From Vicugna vicugna (lineage: Eukaryota): a DNA stretch of 58,546 bases. Below are positions 52,081-58,546 of this stretch, piece by piece. The translations under genes and the position numbers were made by a program. The notes beneath the pieces are model-generated. The model was given only the letters and a program-made list of their open reading frames with translations, was not told the DNA's origin and ran no database searches. The stretch lies in NCBI GenBank assembly GCA_013265495.1, contig MU057635.1, positions 62,001 through 120,546 of the forward strand, written 5' to 3'. The stretch's first letter is position 1. Every line of letters begins with the position of its first letter.

Positions 52081-52619
52081 AAAAGAGAAGAAAAATCCCT
52101 TCTTACATACAGAACTTCTCTGAAATCCTTCATCTCCATGACCTGTTGAGGCCAGTTTCTGATAAAGGTAGGACAGATGTACTCAAACTCATTGAATTAC
52201 TAGGGATTATGTAAACTGGGAACTTATCCTGATAAACAAGACTCAAAGATTCTCAATCTCAATTTCTCTTCTAACCAGGAATGTGTATTTATACAGTAAT
52301 TTAACCTTATACTAGAAATATATTAAAGACAAAATCCCTTCAAAGGATTGGTTGGTAATGAAAGCATCCCCTGTGTATTTTGGTAAGAAAACTACAAGAA
52401 ACTACAAAATCTTGAAAAGAGTGGGTAAATAAAAATTGATATGCCTTAGAACATTCTATTAAAAGCCTGAATCGTAGTCACCATTCTGACTTCTTTGTGA
52501 AACATAACTGTATCACAAACTAATCATATTATATTTGGTACCAAACCTCTAATATGGAAAAGAAGAGGCAATAAATTAACCACAAACCAATGATCTACAT
52601 GATACATACTTCTTAAGTG

Positions 52620-52900
52620 ACCGCAATTCTTCACTGATTTCATGATATCAGGGGTAGATTCTGTTATGCTACCTTTCGATCTGGGATGGCCTTGTGACTT
52701 GTTTTGGCCACCAGTTTACAACATAGGCAGCACCATGCAGATGCCAGGCCTCAATCTCAAGAGACACTGCAAGCTTCTCTTCTCACTTTTGGAATTCTGC
52801 TACCACAATGTAAGTAAGCCTCAGTTCACTTGCTGAATAATGACACTTGTGGCTGCATCCTTTTTGGGACCCAGCAGACAGCAAGCTGGACCTGTGATGC
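52620..52900 (+). mobile_element. MaLR (MLT1-type) LTR fragment
   Basis: tctgggatggccttgtgacttgttttggcca...ctcaagagacactgcaagcttctcttctcacttttggaa. Confidence 0.6.
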
Positions 52901-53534
52901 GGGAGTGGGGTCATTCCATTCTTCATAATCCAGCCCTCACTGACCTTATGGCTAAACACAGACATAGCAGGAAGCCCAGCTGAGAGCAGATGGGGCTGCT
53001 CTAGGCAGCCTTGCAGGGCTGACAGGGCTGGGATACGCAGCCTCGCATGGCTGCACAATTGAAAGGGCACCCGAGTTCAAATCCTGATTCTGTTCCTTGG
53101 TAGCTCTGTCACCTTGAGAAAGTCCTTAACAGCCCCCAACCCACATTTCTTCACTTTAAAAAAGGTAAGAGAACTATCAGAGCTATGGATGTAACATGCT
53201 TGGCCTTGTGTGTCACCAGAAAGTATACCTAACTTATGGTAGCTATTTTTATCCTGAGAAAAATGAATTACATCTGATTTACTTTTAAAATCTGAGCTCA
53301 AGAAAAAAACGAAACAAAAAAAAGGCCAAGTATCCACCAAGAGACAGTGTAAGCCAGAATAACAGTGGCCTTCATAATCTTTCTGCAATCCTGAAAGTTT
53401 TTTTTTTTTTTTTGAACACCTACTCGCATGCATTTCACAAGGAATTGACAGGTTTGGAAGTGAGAATTCGATCTGCCTTGGACTGATGAGTCCTATGATA
53501 GGGACAGAGCTAATCACCTGTGTGTTTTCTTTCC

Positions 53535-53695
53535 TTTTTTTTTTTTTTTTATTGAAGTGTAGTTGCTTTAAAGTATTGGTTAGTTTCAGGTGTACAGCAT
53601 AGAGATTCAGTTATTTTTTCTGATTAGATTCCATTGTAGGTTGTTACAAGATAATTTCCTGTGCTATACAGTAAATCCTTATTTCTTATCTATTA
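53535..53695 (-). mobile_element. L1 3' end fragment
   Basis: Poly-T followed by attgaagtgtagttg...tagtttcaggtgtacagcatagagattcag...cctgtgctatacagtaaatcct. Confidence 0.85.
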
Positions 53696-53928
53696 GAAGT
53701 ATGGATTAGCAGCTACAAACCTGTATGCTTTTAAGAGTGCCACCTGTCTTCCCTGTAACACAGTCTCACCCACATGCCAAAGCGATTGATCCCTTTCCAG
53801 CACCCACCTTCTATGATTTCAGTTTGTTAAAGCCTCTTAGAGAATCTATCATAAATATAAGAATAGATAACCTCACCTACAACAATACAGTGTGCGGAAG
53901 AGATTAATGACCCTCATACATGCACGTA

Positions 53929-55216
53929 TCTTTGGAGACATCAGACATCTTGGTTGAAGTGAGAGAGGGAGTGTATCTTATTTTAACATCATGATTTGCA
54001 TTGTCATCCTTGTTTCCATAAAAATCAATCATGTGAGCTGTGTACATACCTTAACCTCTTTACCAGGAAAATCATTAATTACCCTGAAACTCTTCTACTG
54101 CTGGATCTCTTTGAAAACCTCACAAAAGCAATACATCTTCTCCCCAACATCCAAAACTGCACATAGGCTTAAGCACACAAAATTTTAGATGGTTCAACAA
54201 ATCCCCAAAAATCTATCCATAATTTCTGTGGTTATGCTTTGCAATTAAAATTTCTACCACTATAATATGCCCAAGTTACATTCTATAACTATAAGAGATA
54301 AGTAATAAATACTTCTAACTTGACACATTTACATCTGAACTGCTAATCTTCAGTCCCCCAAACTGATCTATCTGCTCATTCCTCATATTAAGTAAGAAAT
54401 TTTACTCTTCTTCTTTCTCAAGACACTAACTGGGAATCAATCAACTCTCTTTTTCTCCCACCTTCTCTTCAAACTCCCCAAAAACCCCAGTGCCCTTACC
54501 TTCAGAACATATCCTGAACCTTAGCACTTTTCATCATCTCCACTGATACAACCATGGTCCAAACTACCAACATTTTTGCCAAGAACATTGCAAAATCCTT
54601 CTAGCTGGTCTGTACACTCATTCTTCTGTAGTCTATTTTCAGTATAGTAGTCCATGAAGTCCTTTACAAACACACAAACAAAAAGTAAGTCATTTCACTC
54701 CTGCTCTTAAAACAACCCTACAAATCTATCAACTTATTCTAAGTTAAAGTCAAATTCCATACAGTGGCCTCATCTATGAGTAAACCCTCTATTACCTACA
54801 AGTTCTTATCTCCTAAGTCTCCCCCATCCTTCATTCTCTTCCAGCCTTGCTGACTTCCTGTTTCTCAAAAACAGCAGCCCTGCCCCAGCATCAAAGATAT
54901 CTGAACTGTCTTTTCCCTTGAGACACTCTTCCCCAGATATTTGCCAGGCTCACACTCTCAGCTCTCGTAAGTCCCAATCACATGTCATTTTCTGACATTT
55001 CTGCCCATTCTTATCACTCTATTTTAAATTCCATATCCTCTTCCGAACAACCATCCCCATCTTTATTATTCTGCTCAGACCCTGCTCTGTTTTCCCCAAG
55101 TCTTACAGTCATTTTCTAACTCTTGTTTATTAAGTTGTATATTTTTCCCCACTAGAATGCATTAACCACAGACCAAAAAGATTTCTTTGCTTTGTTGACT
55201 GCTGAATCCCAAAGTA
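53929..55216 (+). repeat. Gap-flanking duplicate, left copy (contains L2)
   Basis: Same as 56077-57370 apart from one substitution and a 6-bp indel that I could see. Confidence 0.97.
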
Positions 55217-56076
55217 NNNNNNNNNNNNNNNNNNNNNNNNNNNNNNNNNNNNNNNNNNNNNNNNNNNNNNNNNNNNNNNNNNNNNNNNNNNNNNNNNNNN
55301 NNNNNNNNNNNNNNNNNNNNNNNNNNNNNNNNNNNNNNNNNNNNNNNNNNNNNNNNNNNNNNNNNNNNNNNNNNNNNNNNNNNNNNNNNNNNNNNNNNNN
55401 NNNNNNNNNNNNNNNNNNNNNNNNNNNNNNNNNNNNNNNNNNNNNNNNNNNNNNNNNNNNNNNNNNNNNNNNNNNNNNNNNNNNNNNNNNNNNNNNNNNN
55501 NNNNNNNNNNNNNNNNNNNNNNNNNNNNNNNNNNNNNNNNNNNNNNNNNNNNNNNNNNNNNNNNNNNNNNNNNNNNNNNNNNNNNNNNNNNNNNNNNNNN
55601 NNNNNNNNNNNNNNNNNNNNNNNNNNNNNNNNNNNNNNNNNNNNNNNNNNNNNNNNNNNNNNNNNNNNNNNNNNNNNNNNNNNNNNNNNNNNNNNNNNNN
55701 NNNNNNNNNNNNNNNNNNNNNNNNNNNNNNNNNNNNNNNNNNNNNNNNNNNNNNNNNNNNNNNNNNNNNNNNNNNNNNNNNNNNNNNNNNNNNNNNNNNN
55801 NNNNNNNNNNNNNNNNNNNNNNNNNNNNNNNNNNNNNNNNNNNNNNNNNNNNNNNNNNNNNNNNNNNNNNNNNNNNNNNNNNNNNNNNNNNNNNNNNNNN
55901 NNNNNNNNNNNNNNNNNNNNNNNNNNNNNNNNNNNNNNNNNNNNNNNNNNNNNNNNNNNNNNNNNNNNNNNNNNNNNNNNNNNNNNNNNNNNNNNNNNNN
56001 NNNNNNNNNNNNNNNNNNNNNNNNNNNNNNNNNNNNNNNNNNNNNNNNNNNNNNNNNNNNNNNNNNNNNNNNNNNN
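55217..56076. other. Assembly gap (860 N)
   Basis: Run of n. Confidence 1.
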
Positions 56077-57370
56077 TCTTTGGAGACATCAGACATCTCG
56101 GTTGAAGTGAGAGAGGGAGTGTATCTTATTTTAACATCATGATTTGCATTGTCATCCTTGTTTCCATAAAAATCAATCATGTGAGCTGTGTACATACCTT
56201 AACCTCTTTACCAGGAAAATCATTAATTACCCTGAAACTCTTCTACTGCTGGATCTCTTTGAAAACCTCACAAAAGCAATACATCTTCTCCCCAACATCC
56301 AAAACTGCACATAGGCTTAAGCACACAAAATTTTAGATGGTTCAACAAATCCCCAAAAATCTATCCATAATTTCTGTGGTTATGCTTTGCAATTAAAATT
56401 TCTACCACTATAATATGCCCAAGTTACATTCTATAACTATAAGAGATAAGTAATAAATACTTCTAACTTGACACATTTACATCTGAACTGCTAATCTTCA
56501 GTCCCCCAAACTGATCTATCTGCTCATTCCTCATATTAAGTAAGAAATTTTACTCTTCTTCTTTCTCAAGACACTAACTGGGAATCAATCAACTCTCTTT
56601 TTCTCCCACCTTCTCTTCAAACTCCCCAAAAACCCCAGTGCCCTTACCTTCAGAACATATCCTGAACCTTAGCACTTTTCATCATCTCCACTGATACAAC
56701 CATGGTCCAAACTACCAACATTTTTGCCAAGAACATTGCAAAATCCTTCTAGCTGGTCTGTACACTCATTCTTCTGTAGTCTATTTTCAGTATAGTAGTC
56801 CATGAAGTCCTTTACAAACACACAAACAAAAAGTAAGTCATTTCACTCCTGCTCTTAAAACAACCCTACAAATCTATCAACTTATTCTAAGTTAAAGTCA
56901 AATTCCATACAGTGGCCTCAAGATCCTCTATGAGTAAACCCTCTATTACCTACAAGTTCTTATCTCCTAAGTCTCCCCCATCCTTCATTCTCTTCCAGCC
57001 TTGCTGACTTCCTGTTTCTCAAAAACAGCAGCCCTGCCCCAGCATCAAAGATATCTGAACTGTCTTTTCCCTTGAGACACTCTTCCCCAGATATTTGCCA
57101 GGCTCACACTCTCAGCTCTCGTAAGTCCCAATCACATGTCATTTTCTGACATTTCTGCCCATTCTTATCACTCTATTTTAAATTCCATATCCTCTTCCGA
57201 ACAACCATCCCCATCTTTATTATTCTGCTCAGACCCTGCTCTGTTTTCCCCAAGTCTTACAGTCATTTTCTAACTCTTGTTTATTAAGTTGTATATTTTT
57301 CCCCACTAGAATGCATTAACCACAGACCAAAAAGATTTCTTTGCTTTGTTGACTGCTGAATCCCAAAGTA
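56077..57370 (+). repeat. Gap-flanking duplicate, right copy (contains L2, which continues to ~57425)
   Basis: Copy of 53929-55216; L2-like text such as cactcttcccccagatatttgccaggctcac and ttcccccactagaatg. Confidence 0.97.
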
Positions 57371-58034
57371 GAAAACTGTTCCTAACATTGAATTGGCACT
57401 TAATTAATATTTCTAAAGTTAATTAATGGTTAATTACTTTTATCATTTGAGGCAGGTTTTCCTCGAAGTATCATCTACTTCTATCCTAGCTCCAACTGCT
57501 CAGGACAAACCTTCCTTCAAGTGGATGCCCCGGGTCAGTGTATGACATTGCCAACACACTAAATAAGAAGGGAGAGTAAATAACAGGAGACTCATAACCA
57601 CTAAGACAGGAAGATGGGCTAAAATAATTCCTGAATTTGAAATGAATTGGAATTAAAAAGGGAATAAAATAAATGACAAAGAAGATGTCAGAGCCAGTCA
57701 TGCTAAAGCATGCCATATAGAATGACGTCTCAAGTCGTGTGTCCCCTGCAGGAACGCTGTTCCTTGCTCCTTCCACTGGAGCACTTAAAATCCTAGGGGA
57801 GAGTGTGTCCTTCTAGTACCAGAAAATCAGCACCAAGAAGTAAATATATGACACACTAGCAGCTTGGACAGCTCACAGGACCAGAACCACTAGTCAAAAA
57901 GCATGTCACCATTTTTGTCCTCTTGTTTTCTCCACTGTGTAAGGAAGTATACGATGTCCTAGGGTTAACTACTGGACTGAATTTGAATTCTAGGTGAGGG
58001 TTATATATATCATTAATGGAATTCTCTTTAGAAG

Positions 58035-58036
<2 letters not shown>

Positions 58037-58080
<44 letters not shown>

Positions 58081-58085
58081 TGTGT
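58037..58085 (+). repeat. (TG)n microsatellite
   Basis: Read directly from the sequence; one TA interruption. Confidence 0.97.
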
Positions 58086-58546
58086 TTGGCATAATAACAA
58101 TCCTTTGGGAGCCAGGTCAGATTCTGTCTGAGGTCACAACTCAGATCACAGAGAAGCCAAACCACTTAGCTGCCCCTGAGCCCAGCTGCTTACCTTGGTC
58201 AGGAAGGACACTCCGGGAAGTGACACCCTTTACCCCCTCCTCTGATGTCTTGGCCTGTTCTGTTGGACCCAATATATGTATTTCCTCAGCAGCCCTTGGG
58301 GACCCCTCCCACAGAATAGCCTAGAACCAGACACCTCAGTCTCCAGAAACACAATTAAAGTTCATTTGGATTATGGGAATAGTATAGTAATTAGGATATG
58401 ATGAAATGAGGAGCATTTCATTAGAAGTGGACTCACAACATGGATGTAAGTCACAGTGTAATCATATATGTAGTCACATGTATCTGATAATAGAAACTCC
58501 AAATTGTGCCAATTAGGCTTTTCTAGGAATTATCTGGGGAGCTATA

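Noticed and set aside
55130..56195. Three ORFs longer than 300 aa
   Set aside because: They consist almost entirely of X residues from the N gap.
53991..56336. Identical 65-aa ORF present twice
   Set aside because: Produced by the gap-flanking duplication; no recognisable protein features.
58140..58430. O/E-like (cccttgggga) and TAAT motifs as a possible OR promoter or enhancer
   Set aside because: Short motifs at the window edge with no paralog or conservation evidence visible here.

Overview
Mammalian genomic DNA containing part of a class II olfactory-receptor (OR) cluster. It is probably camelid, inferred from the L1 3' ends and the absence of ruminant, pig or cetacean SINEs. Five single-exon OR loci are present and all five are disrupted: an OR2AH1-like gene (-, 4283-5215), two OR9G1-like copies (+, 21130-22048 and 35150-36064), an OR9G3-like gene (+, 46320-47264) and an OR9G4-like gene (-, 48126-49061). 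As I recall it, this order matches human 11q12.1. The two OR9G1-like copies lie in an old tandem segmental duplication (~15.6-30.3 kb and ~31.4-42.8 kb) that shows patchy gene conversion, copy-specific deletions and a copy-specific LTR. The remainder is L1, L2, MIR, LTR/ERVL and DNA-transposon sequence, microsatellites, and an 860-N gap flanked by a probable false duplication. I found no convincing novel system. The most unusual signals are a YAG|GTGAG (recursive-splice-like) junction at the coding-exon acceptor of four of the five ORs, parallel CpG loss of the DRY arginine in all four OR9G genes, and several readable rearrangement junctions. Repeat family names and orthology are from memory, and identity levels are estimated by eye.
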